A stretch of DNA of 64,000 nt from Eledone cirrhosa (Eukaryota): the NCBI GenBank assembly GCA_964016885.1, contig OZ024753.1, positions 29,698,001 to 29,762,000 on the forward strand, in the 5' to 3' direction. Of this stretch, positions 36,474-52,118 are shown piece by piece (position 1 is the stretch's first letter; each line of letters begins with the position of its first letter). A program made the translations under genes and the position numbers. Under the pieces are notes generated by a model that made no database searches, had not been told where the DNA came from, and was given only the letters and a program-made list of their open reading frames with translations.

Positions 36474-39400
36474 CTATAAAGGAAAGACACATTAGATGTA
36501 ATCTTAGATACTACTAAAAAGAATGGATGGTCATGGCTGAAGTGTTTTCGGTTTATAGGTCTATTTAATTAGTATTCGCCTGGGGCTAAATAACTTCTGA
36601 TTGCTCTCCATAGAATAATAATGATTTCTGATTTTGACCAACAATTTTGGAGGAGGTGTAAGTCGATTAAATCAACCCCAGTGCGTGACTGGTACTTTAT
36701 TTTATTAACCCCGTAAGGATGAAAGTTAAAGCTAACCTCGACAGGATTTTAACTCAGAACATAAAGGTCCGTAACTCTTCTGCAAATCATGTCTGACACT
36801 CTATCAATACTACCACTCTACCGCTGTAGTTCCAGAAATGTTTGAATAAATTCTCTGGTTACTGTGAATTGATAACTTGGATTACCAACTAATCCATTTC
36901 TGTCTATATTTGATATTGCCCTATCTGGCCTCTACCTTATCAAATTGTACTTTCATGAGAGCTGTATTATCTATTCAACATTATTTCCATTTTCATCATC
37001 TGCAAACTATCCCTTCTTCAAACACTTAGTAATTTTTGCTTCTCATCTAGTTCTTCCATCTGCAAATATCTTTTTATTTTTTTGGTGGGGTGGGGGTCTA
37101 TAAATAATAGTGATACAGAATCTATTGATCAAAGAGTTTGTATCCCATCAACAGCACTGTGACTATAGTGAAGACTTCTAGTACTCATTAGTCAAGTTCG
37201 CCTAGGTATAAACAGTGAAGGCATGTGACTTAGTGATTAGAGCGTTGGATTCACAATGATGAGGTTGTGAGTGTGGCTCCCGGACCAGGCGATGCATTGT
37301 GTTCTTGAGCAAGACACTTTATTTCACATTACTCCAGTTCATTCAGCTGTAGAAATGAGTTGTGATGTCACTGATGCCAAGCTGTATCGGCCTTTGCCTT
37401 TCCATTGGACAACATCAGTGGCTTGAAAATCACCTTGCTTGGACTTGTGCCTTGGAAGGGAAACTTTCTAGATGCAAATCCCATGGTCAGTTGTGACCAA
37501 AAGGGTACTTCAGAAACAGGTACTATACAGAGGCACTGCTTACTAATATAAGGAGTTAGAGCAAGGTATTATGGTATGCAATACTGAATCTACAATTCTA
37601 TCAGGTCCAGAGCCTACTAAAAGAACCTACTCCCAAATCTTATCTTAATTATTTCTTATCTAATTCAATTGAATCTCGATTCTGTATTTAAAGACATATC
37701 TTTGACCTCCATGTATATATATTACAGACTACATTCAGGAAAAAGCCTTACTGGCAAGCCATTAAACTGTATTAATCCTTTATCTCTATTGCTGTGTTGA
37801 ATTTCTGTTAACTTGTTAACTCCCTATATATCTATATTGAGCTGCTAACTCCCTATATAACTACACTTTGCATTTATCTAACCCTTATGGAAAATGCCAG
37901 TTTTATAAAGAGATGCTGAAGAATTGAAGTGGATGGATCCAGTGGAAGAGAGAGATGAAGGAAGACATGGATCAAAATGGTGAAAACTGATCTCAAGTGG
38001 CTGAGTCTCATGAGGGAGATGGTGAAATACTGTGTTGGAGAGAACCATCCAATACATACAAGGATAAGATAACTCTCTAGTACTGGTGAACAAATAAATA
38101 GGGTAACGAGGACTCTTTAGTTTTACCAGGTGATAAGGCAATCTCTCTATTGGTGTTGCCATAATAAAATGCACTCAGTACATACTGTAAAAATGGTTGA
38201 CAAATAGAATTGGTTTGGTTTCTACAGCTGGATGCCCTTCCTAGTGCCATATGGATTAAAAATATTTTTTACTAAATCATTGCAGGGTGTTAAGTAGAGG
38301 TGGGGGGGGGGGTGTACAGTGGTTGATTTGAAGTACTTATGGTAATGAATTCAAACTTTACAATAGCTCATCTATGTAAGCCTAAGTAAACAGGTACTTC
38401 TCGTTTCCTTCACAATAATAAAAAGAACATCCAACTGTGAAATCATTTTCTCTAGTAATATGCTTATGTCAATTCTTGCATGACAAGTTAAATGTAAAAA
38501 AGCATTAATTGATTTACTACACGAATTTAACACATAATTAACCTCGTTATCTTCATTCACTTTTCCTATTTCTTCTCCAGAAGAGGCCAATTATTTATAA
38601 GTGTAATTCTCTTCAGAAATATTGTATATACTTGAATATAAGCTGACTCCTATTTTATGTCTGAGAAATTAGCAAAAATCCAAACCCCTGTTTAAAAGCC
38701 ACAAACATCTAGACTCTGTTTCATAACTTCAAGCTTTGTAACTTCCTTGTTTTGAGTTTTGAAACTTAAATTGTTCTTGTAGAAGACAATAGAAATCATA
38801 TATCTATATATATATAAATGGCTGTTATTGCTGCAATCAGCAAACACCCTAAACCAGACACCAACCTGTACCCATGACTCACCCTCCAAATTCGGCAAAT
38901 CAAACGCAAACCACCCATACTCTGTTGAGGGTAGTGACGGAAATGCATTGAAATAGCGATTTCAACTCCGGTGGCTCACCCTTGCCAACTTCACCCCATT
39001 AGCAGTGAGTAGGGTTGGTGGTTCAGGGTCCAAAAATGCCACAATTTTCCATTGCTATACATTCAATGACAAACCTATTGGAAAATGACTGATACTTCAA
39101 AAGCTTTTGATCTTCAGCTTGTCAGGTTACCATACCTGAGTCTGTCTTCTATCTTATACTTAGTTTGAACAGCCACGTTTGTGGATCCCTTGAATGAAGC
39201 TTTAACATTGATCCATCTCTTTGTTCTACATAAGAGTAATTTCTTTTTAAACAGTTAAAGTTTCTAGAAGCTTCTCAATGAAAGGGGGGAAAGTGTCATA
39301 TACTTATAGCAGATCTATAATTTATAGATTTTCTTCCCTCGTTATCTAGGATATGACAATATACAGGTGTAACATTTGATCAGATAATGCCTACAACTGT

Positions 39401-40069
39401 TTCCTTAAATATATGTACTATATATGACAGGGAAAGTGTGTGGCTTAGTGGTTAGGGTGTTTGGCTCATGATTGTAAGGTTGTGGATTCAATTCCTGGAC
39501 GAGGTGTCATATTGTGTCCTTGAACAAGACACTTTATTTCATATTGTTGCAGTTCACTCAGCTGGCAAAAATGAATTGTACGTGTAATTCAAGGGGCCAG
39601 CTTTGTTACACATTGTATCACACTGAATCTTCCTGAGAATTACGTTAAGGGTGCCCATGTCTGAAGAATGCTCAGCTTCTAGAGCATGTGTCTTCAACCA
39701 TAACTTTTTGTTGGCCAATACCTTGTGAGTGATCAGTTGGAGACATTGCTTCGGACAAGACTTGCTGGAAAGAGTTTGAGGATTCTAACACCCCACCCCC
39801 CGACCCTCTCGGGAATAAGTAGGTGAAGAAGAAGAGAACTTTGAAGGGTTGGAAGTTGACACCAGCAGCATTTGAAATCAGAACATACAGTGGAATAATT
39901 AAAAACTGCAAGGCCATCTGTCCACTGCCAACAATAAAAAATAATTTAAAGAAATCATTAATCTGTTTTAGAGTTGCTTCCCTTGAAATTTTATACTTAC
40001 CCTTAAGGTCTTCGAACATTTTATTACTTAAAACATTAAAGGATTAAATTGAACTAACCAGCTTCAATA

Positions 40070-40430
40070 TTCGGTCATCATAAGAAGGAAAGTAAAGGTA
40101 AAAGCTAAATTCAATATCTTCAATTTGTTGTTTGTGCCTACCCTTACCTATGGTCTGGAGTTTAGGGTAATGTCGAAAGAATTTGATAACAAATACAAGT
40201 AACCGTAATAAGGTTCCTCTGAAGGCTCTTTGGAATGACGTTACTCGATAGTGTGTAGATTGGAAATCAGGGAGCCACTCCAGGTAGAGCCACTACTTTT
40301 CTGCATCAACAGATCACGGCTCTGGTCTACAAACATGTGGTTAGAATGTCTAAGGAAAGAATCACTGGACAGATTTTACAGGCAAAGCCAACTGGCAAGA
40401 GACCCAAGAGTAGACTATGAGAAAGATGGT
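40070..40430 (+). mobile_element. Degenerate RTE LINE ORF2 fragment
   Basis: KAKFNIFNLLFVPTLTYG..IRFL..EIREPLQVEPLL..HVVRM..QAKPTGKRP across frameshifts. Confidence 0.7.
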
Positions 40431-41629
40431 TATTTATCAACCCTAAAATGATTAAAGGTGAAGTTGACCTCATCAGTATTTGAATACAAGGCATAGAGAA
40501 CCAGAAGAAATACTATCGAACCCACAACATTATGATCGTAAATCCAACACCCTTACCACTAGGCCATGCACCTCCACTAGATAAATGTAGGCACTTCAAA
40601 AATAAAGTTTTTTATTATAAAACTGAGGGGGATTTCATATGGTTTGATATTAAAGGAGTTTAATAAGCCTTACACCATATGCATTTTTTTTCTTTCTCTG
40701 AGATAGAAATTACAATAGATTTATGATGATGTAATTATAAACATAGTCTCAGGTAAATTATATAATCTTCCCACAAATATTGATTCTGAAAGTGTGAAAT
40801 CATTAATTACTCGTACACATTCAATTTAGCAGTGTTGTATGTAATTCACAGGTGGTGCTTTTGATAAATAGAGAGATTTAATTTGAGTAATTTAGCTAAG
40901 TAAGTCATAGGTTTGAGTATATAATAGTACACTGACGTTGAAGGATAGGCCAACATGAATATAAAATACAAAGACTAATGTCACACAGGATCATAGAATG
41001 AAAGCTAAGTAATTTTAGCTCTGCAATTATTGTCAGAAACCATTATTGTTTCGTTAAAAATCTCAGTAGTGTATCACAGCTTATTTAAAACCAGTTTAAG
41101 GGATCTGTTGTGCTTAATCCTTATGTTAATTTTTTTATATATGTTTATCCTGATTTAGAGATTTGTGTTAGGAATTATTTCTCAAATATATAATTCTGGA
41201 AATATATGGTCGCTATTTATCAAGAGTAACATGTATTGAAAGATGGTGAATTGGTAGTTATTAGAACATTGGATAGGATGCTTTGTAGTAATCATCCCAG
41301 CTTTCTGCATTTTAGATTTAACCCTTTAGCATTTACGGTCACCTGATCAATCTTGCCTCAAGTGGGACAATTCCCGTCTAACCCCTGCTAGCATGAAAGA
41401 TAGTCTTTAAACGATGATAGTGATGATTACTCTATATTTACAATTGTATTTTCACTGTAATATCGAAACTATTTTGGTGTTTATTATTATTTTGATGTTA
41501 TTTATTTAGAGAACTGTACATCATACTGTTTGTTGGCTGTGGGAAGATTAAAATGTAATTGTTTATAGTTCTGTTTCATTATACCAAACTTTGGTTTGTC
41601 TTTCTTTAACCCTTTAGTATTTAAACTGG

Positions 41630-41811
41630 CCATATCCGGCCAGAATTTTCTCACCTCTTTCTGCTCAAATCAGCTATAACTGGCCACTGATATTAAGGTA
41701 TTGTTCTCAAAATAAATAACATCAAAATCTCATAGATTCGATGTTATGTGAGGTAAAGCCTTTACTGTGAAAATACTATAGTAAATATAGAGTAATGGAA
41801 ATGCTAAAGGG
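41630..41811. mobile_element. piggyBac-type MITE
   Basis: TTAA-CCCTTTAG..CTAAAGGG-TTAA; further copies near 43475, 46266, 54757 and 55389. Confidence 0.8.
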
Positions 41812-42077
41812 TTAATTCATCTGACTGCCATCATTTATGTTACCTGGTGATGAGCTTAGCTCTATAAATATATGTATTGTAGTTAAAACTCTGATTGTTT
41901 TTCATGTACCTCAGATTAATTAATCTCTATATCTTTCTATGAATAACATCTTTATGATTGTGTCTAAATGTTATCTTATATCAACACTGTCTTGATAAAA
42001 TAAACAATAAACTTCATCTATATGACATATTGATCTTTAACCTAGCTTTTATTTGAGGGTTTATATATGTCAGTCTA

Positions 42078-42110
<33 letters not shown>

Positions 42111-42189
42111 CTGTCTATGTAGGTATGTATGTATATCAGTCTATATATGCATATATATCTGTCTATGTTTGTATATATATATATCTGTC

Positions 42190-42228
<39 letters not shown>

Positions 42229-42345
42229 TGTATGTGTGTATATATATATATATATCTGTCTATGTAGGTATGTATGCATATATATCTGTCTATGTATATA
42301 TATATATATATAATGTGTGTATGTGTGTATATGTATATATATATA

Positions 42346-42390
<45 letters not shown>

Positions 42391-42932
42391 GACTATGTAT
42401 GTATGTCCAAGTCATATATCTATCATGTCTCCTTCAATCACTTACATAAACAAAACTATTTTAAAATTAATTAGGTCTAACTATTTTCTTTTTAAATTGT
42501 TTGTTGTATGCTATCTTGAAGTTGGGGTGTCACAATGAATAATTTATATCGAAAATAAATTTCTGATAGATCTTTCATAACTTTCATTTTTTTTTTCACC
42601 TTTACTCTTATAAAGGTTGTAGGATAGTATAATAATAATAATAATAATGAAATACTGTGTACAGTGCTCAGGTGCACTACAACTCATCAAAAAGTGTATG
42701 TATAGTACATAGGGTAATGTACAAATGTTAGGAAAATGAACAGTGCATGAGTTATATACACGTGTGCATGTGTATGGAAGGGGTACATCAGGTGTAGTTT
42801 TGGCGTATTTTGGGTGAATATATGTGTGAAAGAATTAAAAGCCAGCCAACTTGCAGAGCAGCCCCAAACAAACAGCATGGGCCCTCAATTGAGATTTTAC
42901 CAATTCCTATATCTATAGACATTTGTATTCAG

Positions 42933-42977
<45 letters not shown>

Positions 42978-44907
42978 TCTATTTGCTGCATTGAGATGAA
43001 AATATGGTTTATGGTTTAGGCAGAAGGCCAGCAATTTGGGAGGAAGGGAATGTCGATTAAATAGGCCCCAGTGGGTTGCTGGTACTTTATTTTATCGACC
43101 CCATAAGGATGAAAGGTAAAGCTAACCCCAGCGGGATTTGAACATAAAGGGCTGTAACTCTAGGCTGTGAAAATAAATAGATAGCTGAACAAACTCTACT
43201 TAGTACTGGATTGTGTGCCATAAATTGATCCAACAAGAACTAAGTGGATTGAAACAACGAATTTCAGATTTTAAATGTAAATGATTGATATTAATCTTAA
43301 TAAAACAAAATGTATTTCGTATTGATCTCTTTAATCTCATTTGTGTTATAATTGATTTCTAAAAAGTTTAATTATCGGACTTAAGCATACCTACAAAAAA
43401 ACATTAATTTTTTTAAATATTAAACCTGGTGAATAGAAGACCATGCAAGAGAAGTTGATAAAATAAAGTATTAATCCTTTAGCATTTAAACCAGCTGTAT
43501 CAGGCCAGAATTTTCTTACCTCTTTCTGTTCAAACCGGCCATAACCAGCTGCTCAGATTTATGTTAAAGTATTGTTCTCAAAATAAATAATTGTTTCTAG
43601 TTTTGGCACAAGGCCAGCAATTACCCTAGTGCATTACTGGTGCTTTATTTTATCGACCCTGTAAGGATGAAAGGAAAAGTTAACCTCAGTGGGATTTGAA
43701 CACAGATAAATAAATATCAAAATCTTGTAGATTCGATATTATGTGAGATAAAGTGTTTATTGTGCAAATACAATAGTATATATCGAGTAATGTAAATGGT
43801 AGATGTAGATGGAATAATACGAGAAGAAATTAATAGTATCATTTATATATTTGATTGATGAGTTTTTATTGATATTTCTGAGATTTTTAAATACCAGACA
43901 GTTACTGTGACATTTTTATATGAATAAAAGAAAATTTCTTAGGGCACAGCAACCTCTCTAGTGTTGGTGATCTACATGATAAATGCACTCAGTACATGCT
44001 GTAAAGTAGTTGGTGGTAGGAAGGGCATCCAACCATATAGAGCTTGCCAAAACAAGAGTCAGAAAGACTCTTCAGTCGTGTCAAAGATGTGACAACCTCT
44101 CTAGTGTTGATCTGCACGATAAACACACCAAGTATTCTCTGTGAAGTGGTTGATGATAGGAAGGGCATCCAGTCATAGAAAATCTACCAAACAAGGGTCA
44201 GGAGGACTCATCAGCTGTGTCAAAGACACAACAATCTCCCTGATGCTTGTATCATCATAAAATGCACACTGTAGAGCACAATATTCTATGTGAGATGCAA
44301 GCCCCCAGCACATCTAAAGGGTCAGTAGCCTCTTGTGTACAGATTTGGCCTGTGATAACACCTCCAACCGTTGCTAGCTGGGAAAACAGATGTTATTGAC
44401 TTGAAAGTTGCCGGAATTTGTTGTGCAATTGTTTATAAGTTAGTGAAGGGCTGTTGTTGTTTCTCTCACAGTTAGTGTTGCTACCTTGTTTTTCTAAGTT
44501 GGTGGGAGATTCTGCTGTCAATATTAACCTTCTCGTAATTCTTGGAAGTACTCAACTTATCACTTTCCTATCTCTGTGTATTTTTTTTTTCTTTTTTTTT
44601 TTTAGTCTTTGAACTCTGGATTCTCATTCTAGATACCTAGCCCTGAGGGGTGGTTTTATTATTATAATTTCTTTTGTTGTTCCTGATCCAGACAAGGGAT
44701 GAGGTTGGGAATCACTTTGTCATATTCATCAAACCAATCTTATTGTTTTTTGGGGAGGAGGGTTAACTGCGTAGTTAACTGATTCAGCAGTTGTTGAAAT
44801 GGTTGTGCCATGTCGCAGATCTGTACATACCACCAATAGTGATATATATATATATATAGTAATAATAATAAATGTGAAGACTAAAATCAAAATAAATATA
44901 TATATAT

Positions 44908-45005
44908 ACACAGTGTCCCAAAAATGTATACATACTTTGATTACCTATACAGGTAATATTTATTAGAATACACAGCCTTTGTGTATACATTTTTGGGGGA
45001 CATCC

Positions 45006-45008
<3 letters not shown>
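44908..45008. mobile_element. Tc1/mariner-type MITE
   Basis: Inverted ends GTGTCCCAAAAATGTATACA / TGTATACATTTTTGGGGGACA in a TA-rich context. Confidence 0.55.
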
Positions 45009-45038
<30 letters not shown>

Positions 45039-47953
45039 GTGTGTGTATATATATATATATATATATAGTCATTATAATGTATGCGTTGTGGGTGTCTTTA
45101 CACTTCTTCATCTTTGAAACATCTTGTTTTTTTCTCAATATTAAATTTCTGTTATTGTATTTATTGTATTTGCAGGTGTATATAATACACTATAACAATA
45201 AGATAGATTGCTTTCATCAAGGCTATTTGATGTAAAGTAATCTATTTTTCCACCTATACTTAATGAGTTAAATGACCCCAGACTGAAAATATAAAATGTA
45301 TTCACTGGCAAATACACTACATAAGACTAATTTAAAAAAAAAAAACTTGTTTGTTTCTTATTTAATATGTCAATTTAACTATATCTTGTTTGAAATTATT
45401 CTAATTCAACTTTAATTTCCTTTTATCATAATTGTTCATTTACATATCAACAAAAATAAAATAAAATAGATAATAATTCAAGCTATTATTTTGGCTGGTC
45501 TCATAACTTTGTTAACTATTTGTTATTTGATTCAAGTAGAATCTGGTTGGACTTATGATATAGTTGCTACCAACTGATGAATAAAAATAAATTTCTGCAT
45601 GTTACAAAAGCTTTACTTGTGATATTCAGAACTTTGAATTAATCTACTTGCTTACATTCTTTTACTATATTTCTGAGGAATAATAGTAAAATTGCTAATA
45701 ATGTGCTTAACTGTGCCTTAAGTAAGAAGTTTTATGTGAAAACCTCTCAAGTTCAGCTTTCTACTTAGATTTGCTCATTTCTCTTTCTTCACATGACACA
45801 ACAACAAAAGTAGTGGGAATATGTTTTTCACTATTTTCTCTCAAAACATATATCTATGTTTTATGAAAGATGTGGTAACTCTAAAGTTATGGTGCTAGGA
45901 CTTGCAAGATGATTTAGTTAAAATACTACTACAGCTATTGAGTTTATCCAGAGATAATCTGCTATATATATATATATGTTACTCTGCATTTTTTACTTAA
46001 TCTGTCTAGTTGAAATTACTTACCATTCCTTCTTCACATTTGAAGGCTTAGTCTGAAGAATAGCATCTAACAGAAAAATACCACCTTAAGCAATTTATAA
46101 GACATCCTTTTGTCATATTGGATTAAAAAAATCTAAATGTAAAATTAACAAAAAAATATCTGATTAGTAATAAATTTAAAAAAAAAAAGTTCCCAGGAAA
46201 AAATGCATCAGTTTAACTCTTCATGTCCTGTGCTACAAAAAACTGTATTTAAAAACATTCTTGAACCCTTTGCCATTTACATTACTGTATATATATACTA
46301 TTGTATTTTTATGGTAAAAAATTTTATCTTGCATAATATCAAATCTATGAGATTTTGATATTATTTATTTTGAGAACAATACGTTAACATCAGTATGAGT
46401 AGCCAGTTTGAACAGAAAGAGGTGAGAGAATTCTGGCCAGATATGGCCGATTTAAATGCTAAAGGATTAAAAATACAAAACAGCACTATGATTGCATTAC
46501 ATAAAAAAAAATGAGTCTTTACTTTATTGCTGCATATTTTTACAATGAACTGTCCACAAGTAAAGATACTATAAACATTTGAATTGATAATTAATAATTT
46601 CTATCTCAAAAATTATTTTTGATATTTGGAAACTTCTATATTAATTAATGTCTTATCCACAATAAACATTACATTTCTTATCCAGTTATTGTATTTCCCA
46701 ACTGACCAAATAGAATAACTCATTTAATTTAATTTTCTATCACTGTTACTAATTGTTGTAATTACATATTTTTGCTTTGCATTGCTATTAGTCAATTAGT
46801 TCCCTTCACTTTGATGTTGTTATTGTTGTTGCTGTTGTTGTTTCCTTTATTTTTATATATTAATAGAACAGTTTGAATTTTTCAGCATGTTTGTTTTGAT
46901 GTATTTACTAATATTGTGGAACCCTGTCACATTTTTTTTCCATCTCAACTGTACACAAGAGGCTTTCATTTCTTGAGTTACATTTTTTTTTTCTGGCTGC
47001 CACAAACTTCTGCCTGTTAAAAATCACTGTATCACAGTTGCTTCCTTATAAAAAGATTTAATGTATTCCATTCCATCTACAGCCAATGTAATATTTATTA
47101 TTTCGATTTATATTGCATCAACTGAAAGCCAATTCCGAATTTTGGTCACCATTTTGCAGGTGTTCCATAAATTTGCTTAAAAGCACAATTTCTATCAATA
47201 GGTTGTGAATTGGCAAGTTAAAGCTTAACTCTAAAATACCTGCGAAAAAGGGAGAAATATGGTGATTTCAAGTTAAAGCTTTACTGCAAATATAAAAGCT
47301 TCTGGTTAGATGTGCCTTTTTAAAGTAATTATTTAAATATATATATTTATATGTATGTGTATATATATATATGTATGTATATATATTTAAATGTATATAT
47401 ATGTATATAAATATATATGTATGTATATATGTATATATATATATATATATATAATTTTTTCTCACAACCCCACACAGAATAATAGTAAATGGATACCAGA
47501 ACCCCCAACCAACCACGAGCCACAGCACAGATACAAATACTCAATTACAAAACACAATGTTTAACTAAATAAAACAGCGTCCATCACAAGCAGATCAACC
47601 ACCAACTAATTCCTGTCTAATAAAACAAAAACTGAAGCCCATAACCAAGAAATAAATCCAAGCCAGATTTTAATATCTCAAAGGACTATAACATAATAAA
47701 AACCAACCCACTGTATAGGTCTTAAGAGTACAGTCTTCATTAGGGCACAATCGCCCTCAAATTCTAGACTCCATCACAGGTTGTGGCATATATTATATCC
47801 CCAACCAAGATATGTGGCTATATAATATCTAATTAACTGTGATTCAGGGAATATTAGTTTTATATATATTTTTTTTAGTGATTTAAAAAAAAAAGAAAGA
47901 AAGCAGAGAGCAAAAGGACTTTTTTCTTTACCACAAATTTTGTTTGCTTGCAG

Positions 47954-48160
47954 CAGCCTCTACAAACACACACTCAGACTAAACAAACTAAGGCTAAAAC
48001 AAAGCTCACTAAAGTACCCAGTGGTCAGTCGGCTGTTAAAGGGAACAAAGATCCTATTGTAAAGTCTACTTCATCCAAGCAGCAACAGAGCCCTACTAAA
48101 GGCCCAACGAATAATGCGAATCAGAAAGCCACTCTTGATGCGAACGCAGACCGCAAAAAA
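47954..48160 (+). CDS. LYRIC-like gene exon 2
   Basis: ttgcag|(cag) QPLQTHTQTKQTKAK..DANADRKK |gtatgt; phase 0-0. Confidence 0.8.
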
Positions 48161-48963
48161 GTATGTTTTAATAAGACTTTATGAAATTATACCGAGTATA
48201 TACATCCTTATTTACCATGTTCCGTTAATTCAAGACTTTCAGGCTCAATAAGCAAACATTTCTGCATTGGTAAATGTTTGTATCAACTTTAGCTCTATAG
48301 TTAGAATATACTATGTTGAGGTCTTCTATTCCCTTCGTTTTATTCTGGTCAGATTACACACTATATGGTTATAATATGGTTATAATATATGGTTATAATA
48401 CTGACTCAGAGGTCATGTGTTGAACTAATGGAATTAAATCATGCTTTGAACATTATTTTCCTCAGTTCATCTTGCGAATGATATTACATTAGAAAGGAAA
48501 TCAACCTGAATGACATCTTCTCTAATAGTTTATATAAGTGTCTGTAGGAGGGAAATCTCTATAAAATATTATATATTTAAAGTTCTATCTATTTTCCTCA
48601 TTAGTCTTTATATTCTTTAGAATTGTTACTTAAGGGTTCTGCATTTTTTCAGATTTTTTTTCGAAGTAGTGAGAGTAGAAACTCTTCGTTTTTTTATAGA
48701 AACAGATCATCTGACAGCATTTTTAGATAGTTACTAAACTTTTTTTTAAACCCCACCACTACCACTACCACCACCACTCTCATTAGAAGGCAGTCTTTTC
48801 TTTTAAATATTTCTTAAGGCTTCCACTGCTAATTATTTTACCAGCTTTGACAGCTTTCTAACCAAAATCTAGAAAAATAAAATTTCATTCAGTGAAATGT
48901 GACATTTTTTTTGTTTCTTTTTCTTCATGTCTGATTTATTTGGACAATAAAAACGTCTCTCAG

Positions 48964-49186
48964 ATGTGACAGTCAACATGTTAATTATGAATAACCCTAA
49001 ACACAAAATGAGACAGTCAACATGTTAATTATGAATAACCCTAAACACAAAATGTGACAGTCAACATGTTAATTATGAATAACCCTAAACACAAAATGTG
49101 ACAGTCAACATGTTAATTATTAATAACCCCAAACACAAAATGTGACAGTCAACTTGTTAATTATTAATAACCTCAAACACAAAATG
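48964..49186. repeat. 44-bp tandem repeat, 5 copies
   Basis: ATGTGACAGTCAACATGTTAATTATGAATAACCCTAAACACAAA units. Confidence 0.92.
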
Positions 49187-49955
49187 TTTCTAACAGTAAC
49201 ATGTTAAGATTTATCAATGGCATACTAAAACATTTATTGGGGTGTTGAGATTAATTTTTCTAACCTGTATTACCTGAAGAAGTATTAACAAGATGTTTGT
49301 AACATACCTTCTTTAGAGTTTGTTCGTTTGGCACACTTAATTCCTTCTGCTTCAGTTGTTGAAGTGAAAAAAAATTGTATTTAAAATTTGAATGGAACCT
49401 ACTTAGAACTGACAAATGTATAGGCTCCAGTCTAACATACAGGACAGTTATTCTTGTTGGAAGAATTAACCACCAGACTATATATCAGTTTCTGAATGGT
49501 TCAGTTCTTCATCATTGTTAATTTTTTACCTGTTCTACCACAAGGTAAGTGAAGAAGGAAAAGATTAATGCTTTATTCAGAATCTAGTATTGTTTCAATG
49601 ATAGATGAACAATCCAGGCAAGAATCCAATACTTTATTCTCTCAAATATTGTGATGCCACGAGTCAGAAGTTGATAAATATATTTGACATGCCCATTAGC
49701 TATCATATGATAACAACTCTGTGTATTGCACACAATTCTCTTCTAATAGTCCTGTTAATACACAGGGGAAACTCCAGAGTAACAAGACTCATCACTTAGC
49801 CATAATAAAGAAAATGTCTAAACAAACTTTACTTTGGTATTGAGTACTCATGGTGTGCACTCAGCAGTACTTATATTCAGCAATACACTGTGTTGCTATC
49901 ATATGATCAACCATGGTAAAGGTGGTAAGGTTTAAATGTCATAATCACATCGCTA

Positions 49956-50127
49956 CAGTGCCGGATTTAAGACAAATGAGGCCCTGTGCTAATTAAGTTA
50001 TGAGGTCCCTTACTTGGGCCCTGAAGGAGGTAAAAAAAACTTTTGGCAGGAAGATGGGCTCTCCCTCCTTGGCCAACAGGGCTCTGTGCTTAAAGCACAC
50101 CAAAGCACAATGGTAAATCCAGCACTG
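49956..50127. mobile_element. hAT-type MITE
   Basis: TIR CAGTGCCGGATTTA/TAAATCCAGCACTG; degenerate 8-bp TSD CATCGCTA/CATCCCTT. Confidence 0.75.
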
Positions 50128-51924
50128 CATCCCTTTTATACATAATGTTCACTGGTTTTACTGCAGCTTTATACTGCATATAATATCTGCAGTTGCAATG
50201 AAATATAATACTTAGTAAAACGAATCTGGATTTGTTGCTGAAAACTGTTGAATAGATTGTATTAAGATACTGCTGTCTATTTGTGACTAAGAGTGACAGT
50301 TTTTAACCTGACACTAACACTTCATAGTCTCTTTTGTAAACATACTTAACTTTAAATTATCCAGTTCACTCAGCTTTAACCCTTTTGGTACCAAACCACC
50401 TGAAAATGCCCCTGGTTCTATGATAGAAAACTGTTTATTTATATTGACCTGAAAAGCTTCCATCATAATTCTATGTAAGAACATTTGAAAACCATAGGCA
50501 GAGTTTTTCACGAGAAATATGGTAATGAAAGGGTTAAAATAAGTAATCTGAAGACTTCAGCTTACTCCTATATGCTTACAAATGTACACTACATCTGACT
50601 GATCTTTCACCAGCTTGCAGTACTGAGTACAAATCCTCCCAAATTGTGATATAGTGTCATTCCCATCCAAGGAGAGATTTCACTCAACTGTTCAGTACCA
50701 CAAAAACTGGGGTCAGCCACATCACAATTCTCCTGTTATATAAGATGCCCCTCTGTGACACACAACATACAAAAATCTGTCTTTACCAATATTTCAGACC
50801 CACTAGACACAATCTCTCACTTTAGCCATACATTAGATGAATCACAGTAAAATATGAATTGACAGTATAGCTAGTGATTTATTGGTAAAGGTAGAAAACT
50901 ATTAGTTTGTTAGTAAAACACAAAATCTTTACTGTATTGCTAGACAAAGTTTTAATAGTTCTAGTCTATCGATGATCATATAAAAATCTTTGACGGATCC
51001 TTTCTAATTTCCAATTCCTCCCTTATAATGGCTGTTGTAGGACTTTATTCCTAATTCCTGATTATTTATAGTTTCTCTATTTCTACACTGTTTACTTTGG
51101 GGTGTTTTAATATAGGATTTTGGGGCAATAATGGTTTCTGGTTTAGGCACAAGGCCACAATTTTTTATTTTTTTTGGAGGGGGGGGGGGGTCAATTAAAT
51201 CGACCCCAATGCATTACTGGTACTTTATTTTATCGAGCCCATAAGGATGAAAGGCAAAGCTAACCTCGGCGGGATTTGAACTCAGAACGTAAAGGGCCAT
51301 AGCTCTGTGTTTCAAAGCATGGTGCCCGACACTCTACCAATACTACCAGCTGGCACAAAGTCAACGATTTGCCATGAAAAAGAAAGTCAATTATATTGAC
51401 CGAAGTACTTTGACTGGTATTTCATTTTATCGACCTCTGAATAGTGAAAGGGAAAGTTGACTTTGGTGAGATTTAAACTCAGAAAGTAAAGATCCAAAAC
51501 AAATATTGTTAATAAAAAAAATGAGAAAACTCATCGCTAGAACAGCTGTTAAAACAGCTAAATACTGTCAATGATAGCGATGGGCAAAAATGCCTCAGAA
51601 GACAGAGATCAGCAGCCAGTGGTCGACAATCCATGAGGTGGGTGACAGGCAGATGAAATAGAGAGAAAAGATTGAAAAAGGAGGAGGAGAAGTGTGTTGG
51701 CACATAGAAATCTGTTCTATGTTTCATCTGCCTGTCGCCCACCTCATAGATTCTCTCTCTGCCAACCACTGATCCCTGTCCTCTGAAGCATTGTTCCTCA
51801 TTTTTCTATGAGACAACAATGTTGATTCGATCAATGTTAAATAAACTAATTATTAACCAAATGTCATACAAAATTTGGTTTGCTGTATGTATTTCAGCTA
51901 AAAGAAAACCCCTCATTTACAGCG

Positions 51925-51955
<31 letters not shown>

Positions 51956-52118
51956 TTCAAAATTCAAGACCAAGGATTAGTATCATTATTATTTATTTAT
52001 ACATCGCTACAGGCGTTTCAATGCGGTTGGCGTATCTCATCAATTGTGGAGAAAAAACATATCAGTAAAATAACTCCATTATAAGTGCTCTACTCAAAAC
52101 CATATCTCTTTATATATA

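Noticed and set aside
42014-42538. YIYI/CVCV/SLSL-rich ORFs (also near 5.9, 15.6, 26, 32, 47.3 and 53-54 kb)
   Set aside because: Translations of dinucleotide microsatellites.
49505-49550. Possible cassette exon or recursive splice site (..CACAAG|GTAAGT)
   Set aside because: Strong donor, but the acceptor is weak or AAG and the exon would shift frame; unsupported without transcripts.
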